DNA of 64,000 nt from Patescibacteria group bacterium (GTDB lineage Bacteria; Patescibacteriota; Microgenomatia; Levybacterales; UBA12049). The first letter of the stretch is position 1, and each line of letters opens with the position of its first letter. A program made the position numbers and the translations under genes. Positions 17,042 through 26,651 of this stretch are shown here, piece after piece. The notes beneath the pieces were generated by a model, which was given only the letters and a program-made list of their open reading frames with translations, was not told the DNA's origin and did no database searches. The stretch covers positions 3,246-67,245 of the forward strand of contig DATICB010000001.1 in the NCBI GenBank assembly GCA_035457005.1. Reading direction: 5' to 3'.

Positions 17042-19390
17042 ATGTATCAACGATTTGGAGAGAGTGCACTGCCGAGAGTGATTAATCATATTGTTTCTCC
17101 TGTTAAAATTCCACCAACGCTCCTTTTTGCGACACGAAATCAAAATAAACTGCGTGAATACCAAAGAATATTAAAAAAGCCTGTGGAAGGAATTGATTTA
17201 AAGGTGCCAGAAATTCAGGACAGCGATCCGCTCAAAGTTCTTTCTGAAAAAGCAAAAACAGCCTATGCAATTCATGGAGGACCAATTTTTGTTGAGGACA
17301 CAAGTTTTACGCTTCCAGAGTTGGACAACATGATTGGGCCGTATGCAGACAACGAAACAAGCTCGCGTGCCAAGCTTGCAGCAATTTGTCGCATGTTTGA
17401 CACAACGCATAAAAGGGAAGCGATTGTTGTAGTTGGTATTGCGCTTTTTGACGGACGCGAAGTGTATATGTGGGTAGGAAAAGTGTCTGGCACTGTTGCT
17501 GCCTCGCCGTTAGGCAGTAATGGATTTGGATTTGATGCAATTTTTATTCCAAAAGGAGCGAAAAAAACATTTGCCCAAATGACGGATAGTGAAAAAGATA
17601 GTTATAGTCCTCGAAAAAGTGCGCTTTTGGATTTAGTAAAAAACCCTCCAAGCTTAGCTGAGCCTATTTTCCAACTGCAAGAGCCGTCAGTATTTCAAAC
17701 AAATAGAATCAGAAAAGAAGAAATAGCAAAAAGAAACGCATTACAATTTGCCTTTAGCATGGAATCTTTGGAAAAAGCCCGTTCAGCAGGTTTAGCTCGA
17801 GCAACAAAACCAAATGTCAAATTGGAAGTAAGTACTTATGCGCCATTTACTGAGGTATTGCACTACAATGGCGCAGTAAGGGAATATACTGTTGATCCAA
17901 AATCTGCATCAATGGGACTTGTTCTTCTCACAGAAGTAGATTTAAAAACAGTGCCTGATAAAGGGAAAAAACGAGCTATAAGACTTGCAGTCAGTGACAC
18001 TGGCAATCCTCTTTTGTATCAAATGGGGCCAAAGGCGATGGAAATTGTCTTGGCTGCACGAGCAGCTGAGTATTTAGATATGCACTCAGCAGATATGCAC
18101 CAACACGTACGCGATTTGTTGTCTGGAAAAATACAGCATGTATCGCGAAGCAGTACCAGATCTTCTGTTTTGGAAGAAGTGTTGGGAATGTTTGTCAAAA
18201 CAGATGAGAAAGGCGTGCATAAAATTATTCATGGAGCAAGTACAGCAATTGCAACAAAAGAATTAGGATACAAAAGATTATCGAGCGGAGGTATTTTAAG
18301 CAGAAAACAAGCTGCAAAAGGACTTTTGATGAGAGGACCAGATGGCGTGGTTTCGAGTTTGTATTCATACGGCGGTATGCCGCCAACAACAGGGAGTCGC
18401 GACAGTATTGTGACAGCAGCAATGTCTTTTATGCGGGCATGGATTCCAAGAAACGGCGTGTTTGCAGGAAATTTTGCAAGACAACTCCAGCTTTTTAAAC
18501 AAGCAAAAAAAGCAATTATCGGCTTTGGTTTGCCAAAAGACATTGAAAAGCAGGTAATTTCCCAAATCGGGATTGCAGTTGGCTGTGACAATCCTGTTAG
18601 TATCGCCAGAGATGTGAAGAAATTTGCTCTGCTTGGCGGACATGCTGCAAGAATTTATACAACCAATCCAGATATACGAATTATTGAAACAGCAAAAGCA
18701 ATTCGAAAAGCAACGGGCCCGAATTTTCTTTTGTGTGTTGGGCCGGTGACTGATTACGAGCAGGCTGTTCGTCTAAAAAAAGAAGCACAGGTACACATGT
18801 TTTTAGTAGGTCATGGTGGAGGAGAAAATTGTACGTCCCTTACTGCAGGCGGTGCAGCAAATTCAATAGAACTTCTGTATCAACTCTACCTAGATCCACT
18901 GTTTAATGACTGCATTATTGGTTTGGAAGGTGGGACTGGGACAACCATTGGTGCGCTGCTACCACTTTTGGATGTTATTTCTTTGAATAAACGTGGTATC
19001 GGCGGATTCGAAAGCACACAGGGATTGTATGCATTAAAAGCGCGCAACGGCAAAGAAGAGCCAGTTATTCCGTATCATGGATCAGCCAGTGCTGCAACGC
19101 AGTTGATTGAAGCATACATGAGCCCAGAGATTGCAAAAAAAAGATTGGGGCCAGATGGTATTGTGCGGGCAGTTGAGGGAAAAGTAAATTACATTGTGCT
19201 CAATGACGCAGTGAGGAGTAATGTAAGCGCAATCCGGGAAAATAGAGCCATTGCAGGACTAGCGTTAGCTGATCAGCAGTCTTTGTCTATATATCAACTG
19301 CGCGAAAGAGTGAAAAAGTTAGGACATAATCATGTGGGTATTTCTGCTGCATCAAGTGTTGTCGCTAACGAACACAGGAGTGGGGTATAA
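17042..19390 (+). CDS. Fusion of Ham1/ITPase with an IMPDH/GMP-reductase-like barrel
   Basis: N: FATRNQNK, PEIQ, VEDT, GFGFD, TFAQM..EK..SPR; C: VGHGGGENCTS, LEGG, YHGSAS, VEGK. Confidence 0.8.
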   Translation: MYQRFGESALPRVINHIVSPVKIPPTLLFATRNQNKLREYQRILKKPVEGIDLKVPEIQDSDPLKVLSEKAKTAYAIHGGPIFVEDTSFTLPELDNMIGPYADNETSSRAKLAAICRMFDTTHKREAIVVVGIALFDGREVYMWVGKVSGTVAASPLGSNGFGFDAIFIPKGAKKTFAQMTDSEKDSYSPRKSALLDLVKNPPSLAEPIFQLQEPSVFQTNRIRKEEIAKRNALQFAFSMESLEKARSAGLARATKPNVKLEVSTYAPFTEVLHYNGAVREYTVDPKSASMGLVLLTEVDLKTVPDKGKKRAIRLAVSDTGNPLLYQMGPKAMEIVLAARAAEYLDMHSADMHQHVRDLLSGKIQHVSRSSTRSSVLEEVLGMFVKTDEKGVHKIIHGASTAIATKELGYKRLSSGGILSRKQAAKGLLMRGPDGVVSSLYSYGGMPPTTGSRDSIVTAAMSFMRAWIPRNGVFAGNFARQLQLFKQAKKAIIGFGLPKDIEKQVISQIGIAVGCDNPVSIARDVKKFALLGGHAARIYTTNPDIRIIETAKAIRKATGPNFLLCVGPVTDYEQAVRLKKEAQVHMFLVGHGGGENCTSLTAGGAANSIELLYQLYLDPLFNDCIIGLEGGTGTTIGALLPLLDVISLNKRGIGGFESTQGLYALKARNGKEEPVIPYHGSASAATQLIEAYMSPEIAKKRLGPDGIVRAVEGKVNYIVLNDAVRSNVSAIRENRAIAGLALADQQSLSIYQLRERVKKLGHNHVGISAASSVVANEHRSGV

Positions 19391-19399
19391 AGTTGTTGA

Positions 19400-19427
19400 T
19401 GTCGTCCTGAGCAAAGCGAAAGGATCT
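19400..19427. repeat. Half family B repeat
   Basis: TGTCGTCCTGAGCAAAGCGAAAGGATCT. Confidence 0.7.
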
Positions 19428-19780
19428 TATTCTTTACATTTTCTTGTACTTTTGCACCGGCAAAAGATACCAAAACTCTTTGTCAATCTTTTTGGTTCTT
19501 TCATAACCGAAAGAACCAAAGGTTTTCGTCGCAATCTTGTTTTGTGCTTTCGCCATTTACTCGTTCTTCGGGGGATTTCACCCCTTCCGACAATTTGTCG
19601 GAATCCCCCTGAATCGCTCACTCATTGCTCATGCACAAAACTGCAAGGCGACAAAGAAAGACCATTTTTCATGCAGTCACTGCGAACTGCCGATTGAAAT
19701 AATTTGTGTTTTCTTTTGTTCTATTTTGTTGTGGAAATTGCTACTTGTTTCACTTTTCAAACTCTTCTATAGTGAGTCTC

Positions 19781-21106
19781 ATGAGTGCGCTTAAAAAGAC
19801 AGACTCGCAGATTTACGAGCTTATTAAGGACGAGGAAAAAAGACAAAAAGATGTTTTGGAAATGATTCCCTCGGAAAATTATACATCTCGAGCTGTTATG
19901 GAAACATTAGGATCTGTACTTACCAATAAATATTCAGAAGGATATCCACGCAAAAGATATTATCAAGGCAATGAAGTCATAGATAGTGTCGAAGAGATTG
20001 CTCAAGAACGCGCCAAAAAATTATTTGGCGTACCATATGTTAATGTCCAGCCCTATTCTGGCAGTCCTGCGAATGCAGCAATCTATATGTCTATTCTTAA
20101 GCCTGGACAAAAACTGATGGGACTAGCCCTGGCTCATGGAGGACACATTACCCATGGGCTGGAAGTCGTTGGATTTTCTGGAACATTCTATAAAACAGCT
20201 CATTACACAGTCAATAAAAAAACTCGACAATTGGATTATGACGAAGTAGAAAGGCAGGTTTTGGCAGAAAAGCCAGATCTTCTTATTTGTGGATTTACCG
20301 CATATTCACGAATTATTGATTGGGCAAGATTTCGAAAAATTGCCGATAAAGTTGGATGTTTTCTTATGGCAGACATGAGTCATATTACTGGCTTGGTTAT
20401 TGGCGGGGTGCATCCTTCTCCTGTTCCCTATACTGATGTTGTTATGACAACAACACATAAGACACTCAGGGGTCCGCGGGGTGCGATGATTATGATTACG
20501 GACAGAGGCATTAAGAAAGATGCTGAATGGCCAAGACGACTCAACACTGCTGTTTTCCCAGGTCTTCAGGGTGGCCCACACGATAATCAGACTGCAGCAA
20601 TAGCAGTTGCTCTCAAAGAAGCGGCAACTCCTGCATTTAAAAAATATGCAGAGCAAATTGTTAAAAATGCCCGGGCTCTTGCAGATGGACTGATGGCAAG
20701 AGGGTACGAGGTAGTGTCTGGCGGAACGGACAATCATTTGGTTTTGGTAGATTTACAAAATAAGAAAATGAGTGGGAAAATCGCAGCAGAGGCACTTGAG
20801 GCAGCGGGAATTATTTTGAATTATAATTTGGTGCCATATGACCCAATGCCGCCAATGTACACGTCTGGTATTCGCATGGGAACACCCGCATTGACTACAC
20901 GAGGATTAAAAGAAATTCAAATGGAAAAAATTGCTGATTGGATGGATAGAGCACTTCGTGAAGTGAATGGATTTGTTTTGTCAGACAATAAAGATGAACG
21001 GACAGAGCAAATGAAAAAGTATCGATTGGCAATTGCAGAAAATAAAAATTTGGCAAAAATTGCGCAAGAAATTAAACAGTTTATTACCAAATATCCAGTG
21101 CCATAA
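19781..21106 (+). CDS. glyA: Serine hydroxymethyltransferase
   Basis: PSENY, NKYSEGYP, TTTHKTLRGPRG, SGIRMGT. Confidence 0.97.
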   Translation: MSALKKTDSQIYELIKDEEKRQKDVLEMIPSENYTSRAVMETLGSVLTNKYSEGYPRKRYYQGNEVIDSVEEIAQERAKKLFGVPYVNVQPYSGSPANAAIYMSILKPGQKLMGLALAHGGHITHGLEVVGFSGTFYKTAHYTVNKKTRQLDYDEVERQVLAEKPDLLICGFTAYSRIIDWARFRKIADKVGCFLMADMSHITGLVIGGVHPSPVPYTDVVMTTTHKTLRGPRGAMIMITDRGIKKDAEWPRRLNTAVFPGLQGGPHDNQTAAIAVALKEAATPAFKKYAEQIVKNARALADGLMARGYEVVSGGTDNHLVLVDLQNKKMSGKIAAEALEAAGIILNYNLVPYDPMPPMYTSGIRMGTPALTTRGLKEIQMEKIADWMDRALREVNGFVLSDNKDERTEQMKKYRLAIAENKNLAKIAQEIKQFITKYPVP

Positions 21107-21152
21107 AAACTCTTCTTGACGGGTTTAGAAAAATTCATGTATAGTATTTTCC

Positions 21153-21341
21153 ATGAGATGGAGACCAAATGGAACACATAGAGTAAGAAGAGGAATTGCT
21201 GAACCAAATGTTCATGCTGGGCCCGTTGAGACTCGAGCAATTTTGGGAAGACCCACCTCAAAGAGAAAGAAACATCAGCAAAGAGTGGAGAAAAGTCGCG
21301 CACATGATCCCGAACAGGGTGGAAGACGAGAAGAAGAGTAG
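21153..21341 (+). CDS. Orphan Arg-rich small protein
   Basis: 62-aa ORF; TTGACG and TATAGT upstream. Confidence 0.5.
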   Translation: MRWRPNGTHRVRRGIAEPNVHAGPVETRAILGRPTSKRKKHQQRVEKSRAHDPEQGGRREEE

Positions 21342-21345
21342 AACT

Positions 21346-22386
21346 CTATTTATATGGAGTTGCATGCTCCCAGCCACCCAGAAACCACTCTTGAAGTAGC
21401 CTACGATACTGCGGATTTTTGGAAAGCAGCACTACTTCTGCATCTCCACCAACAACCATGTCATCAACAAAATTCGAAGAGCCAGTGAGTGCCAAATCAT
21501 CAATAAGCAGCGTCTTGGCATGGGTAAAATGTTTGGAGTTGGTGTATTCACGCACATCTATTCCTGCATTAATAAATGGTCTTGTCCAGTGATTGGGAAA
21601 ATATCGAAATCGAAAATCGTTAGACGTTTTATAATCAGGAATAAGAAGGCGAACATCAAGATTGGGGTTTTGTTTTTTGGCCAGAATAAGCGCATCTTTA
21701 ACACGGTGTGAATCAAGATACGATGTTTCCATCCAAATTCTTTCTTTTGCATTGCCTATTTCTTTGATAACACGGTCAATAATAGTATCTGTTTTTTTGC
21801 TGTCGAATAGCATTTCTGTACCATCTTTTGCATCAAGGACATAATGCGAAGATCCATTATTTGTACCTTCCCATGTTTTTTGAAAATCCGCAGCAAGCAC
21901 TTCTACTGGCTGTCCAGTGGTGCGCATTATATAATCCCGCCACTTGAGAAATCTTCCTGACACATTGCTACCACCAATATAGCCAACTTCTTGGTTTGTC
22001 CCGGCATCTATAGCAACAATTTTTTTATGGTCTCGTCTTAAGGGATTAAGACTGTCTTTTTTCTGACGCGCGTGTTTGACTTCTATTTTCAGCCCTTCTT
22101 TTTGTAACTTAGTGAGTCTGCGAAATTCGCGTCTGGACGCAAATGGAGCATGAATATTGCCAATATGATCAACAACAATTCGCACGTGCACATTTCGTCT
22201 TGCTGCTTCTTCGATTTCTCTAAAAATGGGTTGTGTTGTTTTGTCGGACTCAAAAACAAAAAATGCAAGATCAACACTTTTTTCTGCTTTTCCAATATCT
22301 GCTGCTAACTGGGAATAAAACACTGGTTGTGATTCAAGTAGTCTAAAAGGTGCTCGTGGTTGTTTTGTGGGAAGCCGATCTGCCAT
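21346..22386 (-). CDS. Phospholipase D / cardiolipin synthase family
   Basis: Two HKD motifs (HKKIVAID...GGSN; HAKTLLID...GSSN). Confidence 0.9.
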   Translation of the reverse strand: MADRLPTKQPRAPFRLLESQPVFYSQLAADIGKAEKSVDLAFFVFESDKTTQPIFREIEEAARRNVHVRIVVDHIGNIHAPFASRREFRRLTKLQKEGLKIEVKHARQKKDSLNPLRRDHKKIVAIDAGTNQEVGYIGGSNVSGRFLKWRDYIMRTTGQPVEVLAADFQKTWEGTNNGSSHYVLDAKDGTEMLFDSKKTDTIIDRVIKEIGNAKERIWMETSYLDSHRVKDALILAKKQNPNLDVRLLIPDYKTSNDFRFRYFPNHWTRPFINAGIDVREYTNSKHFTHAKTLLIDDLALTGSSNFVDDMVVGGDAEVVLLSKNPQYRRLLQEWFLGGWEHATPYK

Positions 22387-22491
22387 AGCTAACCCAGCAG
22401 TATAGAGTATTTTCTAAAAAATTCAATGTGGATGGGTGTTGCATAACTTTGTGCTTGTCAATTGTAAATAAATACTGTAAAATATCTCCTT

Positions 22492-22686
22492 ATGGCAGAA
22501 CAAAAGTTCGGAGACGATTATACAGGTAGCCCACAGCATTGGGATGATTATGGTGTGGAACCATCCACTCCAGAACCTGCTCGCCCTGCACCAACACCAA
22601 GACGATTGACTCCAAAACAACAACAAGAAGCTAGGAGAGCAGCAACAAGTCTTCCACCGCCTAGATCTACAGGAAAACAGAAATAA
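22492..22686 (+). CDS. Orphan Pro-rich small protein
   Basis: 64-aa ORF. Confidence 0.5.
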   Translation: MAEQKFGDDYTGSPQHWDDYGVEPSTPEPARPAPTPRRLTPKQQQEARRAATSLPPPRSTGKQK

Positions 22687-22781
22687 ATCTTCAAACGAAT
22701 TAAAAAAGTCGTATAAAGATAAGAAATAATGTTTTCACATTCTTCTTGACGAAAAAGTTATTCAATGGCTATAATCGCTCC

Positions 22782-22958
22782 ATGACAAAAGGACAGGCTA
22801 GGACAGGAAATGGAAGGCGCTACAGGAGGCCACATGGTAAACCCAAGGAAGAGCTAGACGAAGAGGGAAATGTAATTAAAAGAGGAAGGTTCCGTAGTGG
22901 GCGTATCGACCTTAAGCAAGAAAGGCAGTGGGAGCGGAATCCAGAACAAGAAGAGTAA
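22782..22958 (+). CDS. Orphan Arg-rich small protein
   Basis: TTGACG 22746 and TATAAT 22770, 6 nt before the ATG. Confidence 0.55.
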   Translation: MTKGQARTGNGRRYRRPHGKPKEELDEEGNVIKRGRFRSGRIDLKQERQWERNPEQEE

Positions 22959-23037
22959 GGTTCTTGTTTTTCTCTAACGAGCCTGGTATAATACTTCTAT
23001 CCCTTCGTCGCTAAAGCTATGGAAGGGCAAGCAAACA

Positions 23038-23092
23038 TATCTAGCAACATAATCCTTGAAACTTCAAGCTAGATAGGTGAACAAAGGATTAT
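23038..23092 (+). promoter_or_regulatory. rpsB leader, predicted pseudoknot
   Basis: TATCTAGC/GCTAGATA and ATAATCCTT/AAGGATTAT pairings cross each other. Confidence 0.6.
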
Positions 23093-23098
23093 CATTGT

Positions 23099-23962
23099 AT
23101 GAAATCAATTACACTCGAAGAACTTCTTGAAGCCGGTTGTCATTTTGGCCACCAGGTTACCAGACAAAACCCAAAAGCGCGGGAATTTGTTTTTGAACAA
23201 AGAGACAATATTCAAATTATTGATCTTGGGAAAACAAAAGAAGGTTTGGAAGAAGCAGCATCTTTTCTTTTGAAAACAGCACAAACTCCTGAAAGTACTC
23301 TTCTTGTTGTGGGTACAAAAAGACAGGCAATTCCCCTGATCGAAGAAACTCTTGCAGGACTTCCGGAAGAAGTAAGAAAAAGCATGTTTACTGTTACCAA
23401 AAGGTGGATGGGTGGAACACTGACCAATACAGTAGCAATTTCTCAAAACTATGAAAGATTAAAAGAAATCAAAGAAAAATTGCATAGCGATGAGTGGAAA
23501 CAAAAATACACCAAACGAGAATTGGTTCTTTTTGAAAAAGAAATGCAAAAATTAGAAGCATATTATGGCGGCATTGTGGATATGAAAAAAATGCCAGCAG
23601 CACTTTTTGTTATTGATACACACACAGAAGATTTGGCGGTAAAAGAAGCAAACAGAATGGGAATTCCTGTTGTGGGTATTGTTGACACGAATGCAGATCC
23701 AGATTTAATTGATTACGTTATTCCAGCCAATGATGATGCAGTTGGAAGTCTTAAGCTTCTTATTGGCTATATTTTTAGTGCATGGGTAGAGGGAAAAACA
23801 GGAGTAAGTGCAAAATCAGAAGGCTTAAATCCCAAATCTCAAGAAACAAAAGAGAAAAAAGAGGAAAAGGAAAGTTCTACAGAGCAGAATTTAGAGAAAA
23901 AAGAGAAATCTGCTAAAAAAGCAAAATCCTCCTCTGGAGGAAAAAAAGAAAAGAAAGGATAA
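23099..23962 (+). CDS. rpsB: 30S ribosomal protein S2
   Basis: LLEAGCHFGH, RWMGGTLTN, VDTNADP, IPANDD. Confidence 0.97.
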   Translation: MKSITLEELLEAGCHFGHQVTRQNPKAREFVFEQRDNIQIIDLGKTKEGLEEAASFLLKTAQTPESTLLVVGTKRQAIPLIEETLAGLPEEVRKSMFTVTKRWMGGTLTNTVAISQNYERLKEIKEKLHSDEWKQKYTKRELVLFEKEMQKLEAYYGGIVDMKKMPAALFVIDTHTEDLAVKEANRMGIPVVGIVDTNADPDLIDYVIPANDDAVGSLKLLIGYIFSAWVEGKTGVSAKSEGLNPKSQETKEKKEEKESSTEQNLEKKEKSAKKAKSSSGGKKEKKG

Positions 23963-23966
23963 AATA

Positions 23967-24040
23967 AATTAACCTAATTATCTAATTGACCTAATTAACC
24001 TAAATATTTTTAGAAATTAGAAATTAGAAATTAGAAATTT
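23967..24040. repeat. Inverted short-unit array (ACCTAATT-like then TTAGAAA x4)
   Basis: Related array at 41056-41173. Confidence 0.75.
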
Positions 24041-24047
24041 TCAGGTT

Positions 24048-24500
24048 ATGGTACTTGATTTAACACTTCTTAAAAAACTTCGCGAAGAAACAGGCATTTC
24101 TATTTCTCAATGTCGACAAGCTTTGGAAGACGCAAATGGTGACTACGAGAAAGCATTAAAAGTCTTAAAAGAGCAAGCAGAAAAAACAGCAGCAAAAAAA
24201 GCAGACCGCGAGACAGGACAGGGAATTGTTGAGACCTATGTTCATGGTGGTGGCAAAATTGGCGTTATGGTAATGCTTTTGTGTGAAACAGATTTTGTTG
24301 CTAAAACAGATGAATTTAAGCATTTAGCCCACGAAATTGCTATGCAAATTGCAGCAATGGATCCAAAAGATGTAGAGGATTTGCTCAAACAAGAATTTAT
24401 TAAAGATCCATCAATGACGATTGAAAAAATGGTAAAAGAAGCAATTCACAAAACAGGAGAAAATATTGTCGTTAAGAAATTTGACAGATTTGCTATATAA
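24048..24500 (+). CDS. tsf: Elongation factor Ts, short form
   Basis: LREETG, CETDFVAK; follows rpsB. Confidence 0.95.
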   Translation: MVLDLTLLKKLREETGISISQCRQALEDANGDYEKALKVLKEQAEKTAAKKADRETGQGIVETYVHGGGKIGVMVMLLCETDFVAKTDEFKHLAHEIAMQIAAMDPKDVEDLLKQEFIKDPSMTIEKMVKEAIHKTGENIVVKKFDRFAI

Positions 24501-24507
24501 TATATTT

Positions 24508-25059
24508 ATGGATCCTATCCCACAAGAAGCCTCTTCACAAATGCAGAAAGTTTTGGAACTTCTCAAACATGATTTAGCAACGATTCGTACGGGTCGCGCA
24601 GTACCTAGTCTTGTTGAAAATATTGTTATTAATGCGTATGCAGGGTCGGCAAAATTAAAAGTTATTGAGCTAGCAACAGTTGCTGCAACAGATACGCAAA
24701 CACTTGTCATTACACCGTTTGATCATGCGACAATTCATGAAATAGAAAAAGGTATTCAAGAAGCAAATATAGGAGTAAGTCCGGTGATTGATAGTACGCT
24801 TATTCGTATTACCTTGCCACCATTATCGACAGAAAGACGACAAGAGTTGATTCATTTAATGCGTCAAAAATTGGAAAACGGCAAAATTCTTCTTCGACAA
24901 TCTCGACAAGATGCAATGAATAATTTGAAGAAAAATGCCAGTCTTTCAGAAGATGAATTACGAAGATTGGAAAAAGAAGTGCAAGCAGTAACCGATAAAT
25001 TTATGGCATCTGTTGAAACATTGGGCAAACAAAAAGAAGAAGAACTCCTACAGATATAA
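24508..25059 (+). CDS. frr: Ribosome recycling factor
   Basis: IRTGRA, PPLSTERR, KEEELL. Confidence 0.95.
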   Translation: MDPIPQEASSQMQKVLELLKHDLATIRTGRAVPSLVENIVINAYAGSAKLKVIELATVAATDTQTLVITPFDHATIHEIEKGIQEANIGVSPVIDSTLIRITLPPLSTERRQELIHLMRQKLENGKILLRQSRQDAMNNLKKNASLSEDELRRLEKEVQAVTDKFMASVETLGKQKEEELLQI

Positions 25060-25063
25060 AGCT

Positions 25064-25091
25064 TAGAGCAAAGAGCATGGGGCACAGAGTA
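25064..25091. repeat. Heptamer array TAGAGCA-like x4, left flank
   Basis: TAGAGCA AAGAGCA TGGGGCA CAGAGTA. Confidence 0.75.
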
Positions 25092-25092
25092 C

Positions 25093-25443
25093 ATGTTTAG
25101 ATTTGAAACATTAACTATTTGGCAAGATGCTCGTGAATTCTCCAAAGATATTTATTTTCTCACTAAAAAATTTCCAAAAGGTGAAATGTTTAGTTTAACA
25201 AATCAACTTCGCAGAGCTGTAAATTCTATTGGAGCAAATATTGCCGAGGGCTCTGCAAGTTCTAGTTCAAAAGATTTTGCGCACTATCTTGATATTTCAG
25301 TAAAATCACTTTACGAAACAATTGCTCATTTGCAAATAGCTGAAGATCAAAAATATATTTGTTCAAAAGATAAAGAAGTACTTTATGAAAAAGCAGATAT
25401 TCTTGCACGAAAAATCAGATCTTTTCGAAAAACTTTACTCTAG
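25093..25443 (+). CDS. Four-helix-bundle protein (23S rRNA IVP-like family)
   Basis: FETL.IWQ, FPKGE.F.L..QLRRA..SI.ANIAEG. Confidence 0.92.
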   Translation: MFRFETLTIWQDAREFSKDIYFLTKKFPKGEMFSLTNQLRRAVNSIGANIAEGSASSSSKDFAHYLDISVKSLYETIAHLQIAEDQKYICSKDKEVLYEKADILARKIRSFRKTLL

Positions 25444-25471
25444 TAGTTATTTCAATTAGAATATAAAATAT

Positions 25472-25511
25472 TGCTCAGAGCTCTATGCTCTCTGCACAAT
25501 GCTCTATGCTC
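25472..25511. repeat. Heptamer array TGCTCTA-like, right flank (inverted)
   Basis: TGCTCAG AGCTCTA TGCTCTC TGCACAA TGCTCTA TGCTC; reverse complement of the left unit. Confidence 0.75.
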
Positions 25512-26624
25512 CTGACTATTATTTCTTTTCTTCTTGTCCTCACGGTTTTGGTTTTGGTACATGAGCTGGGACATTTTCTTACTGCAAAATTTTTTGGTGT
25601 AAAAGTAGAAGAATTTGGATTTGGATTTCCTCCAAGAGCATGGGGCAAAAAAATTGGTGAAACTATCTATTCACTGAATTGGTTGCCAATTGGTGGGTTT
25701 GTAAAATTATATGGAGAAGACGAAGCTGGTGGGGGAAGTATAAAAATCTCAAACCCCAAATTGCAAATCTCACAAAAAGATGCGAAGCGGGCATTTTTTG
25801 CACAACCTGTTTGGAAACGGTTTGTTATTGTATTTGCTGGCGTTTTTATGAATTTTGCGCTTGCAACTGTTTTGTTAACGTACTTGGTTGGTGCACAGGG
25901 AATACCAGCTGCAGGAAAGGATGTTGTTGTTGCAGAGGTTGTGCACAATACACCTGCTGAAAAAGCAGGACTTAGGCAAGGGGATATCGTGTTGCAGGTA
26001 GATAATCAGAAATTAGCATCACCAGATCAACTTATTTCCTACACCAAAACACATCAAGGCAAACAGATTAGTTTGGTTGTTAAAACAAAAGACAATAACG
26101 TCAAAACAATTTTCGTGACACCTCGTGTGCATTATCCAGCAAATCAAGGAGCAATGGGTATTGCGGTTGGCAGCAATGTTGTCGTAAGACGTTTTGCTTG
26201 GTACCTCTGGCCATATGTTGGGCTGAGAGAAGCATTATCGCAATCATGGCTTATTCTTGCGGGATTAGGACAACTCTTGGCGCAATTATTCACAAAAGGA
26301 CAGATTCCACAAGGACTGGCAGGACCCGTTGGTATAGCGCAAATTACTGGACAATTTGTGCAGATGGGTGCAAATGCAACGCTTTCTCTTGTTGCGCTTC
26401 TCTCTTTAAATTTAGCAATTCTTAATGTATTGCCAATTCCCGCACTTGATGGAGGAAGACTTTTCTTTATTGTGTATGAGGCAATTTTTAGACGGAAAAT
26501 TTCGCCAAAATACGAAGGGTACGCGCATGCTATTGGTATGGCATTTCTCTTAGCACTCATTGCATTAATTACATTACACGATATTATCCGCATAGCAACA
26601 GGAGGATCAATTCTTCCTAAATAA
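25506..26624 (+). CDS. rseP: Site-2 intramembrane metalloprotease with PDZ domain
   Basis: HELGH, LPIGGFV, NVLPIPALDGGR. Confidence 0.95.
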   Translation: MLLTIISFLLVLTVLVLVHELGHFLTAKFFGVKVEEFGFGFPPRAWGKKIGETIYSLNWLPIGGFVKLYGEDEAGGGSIKISNPKLQISQKDAKRAFFAQPVWKRFVIVFAGVFMNFALATVLLTYLVGAQGIPAAGKDVVVAEVVHNTPAEKAGLRQGDIVLQVDNQKLASPDQLISYTKTHQGKQISLVVKTKDNNVKTIFVTPRVHYPANQGAMGIAVGSNVVVRRFAWYLWPYVGLREALSQSWLILAGLGQLLAQLFTKGQIPQGLAGPVGIAQITGQFVQMGANATLSLVALLSLNLAILNVLPIPALDGGRLFFIVYEAIFRRKISPKYEGYAHAIGMAFLLALIALITLHDIIRIATGGSILPK

Positions 26625-26651
26625 AACCTGTGGAGTGAGAAAACAGTATAT

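Noticed and set aside
17778-17802. Possible decayed repeat in the ITPase fusion linker (ARSAGLAR)
   Set aside because: Similarity to the repeat families is too weak to call by eye
19427-19621. 64-aa basic ORF on the minus strand
   Set aside because: GTG start directly after a stop, no recognisable motif or promoter; cannot be supported
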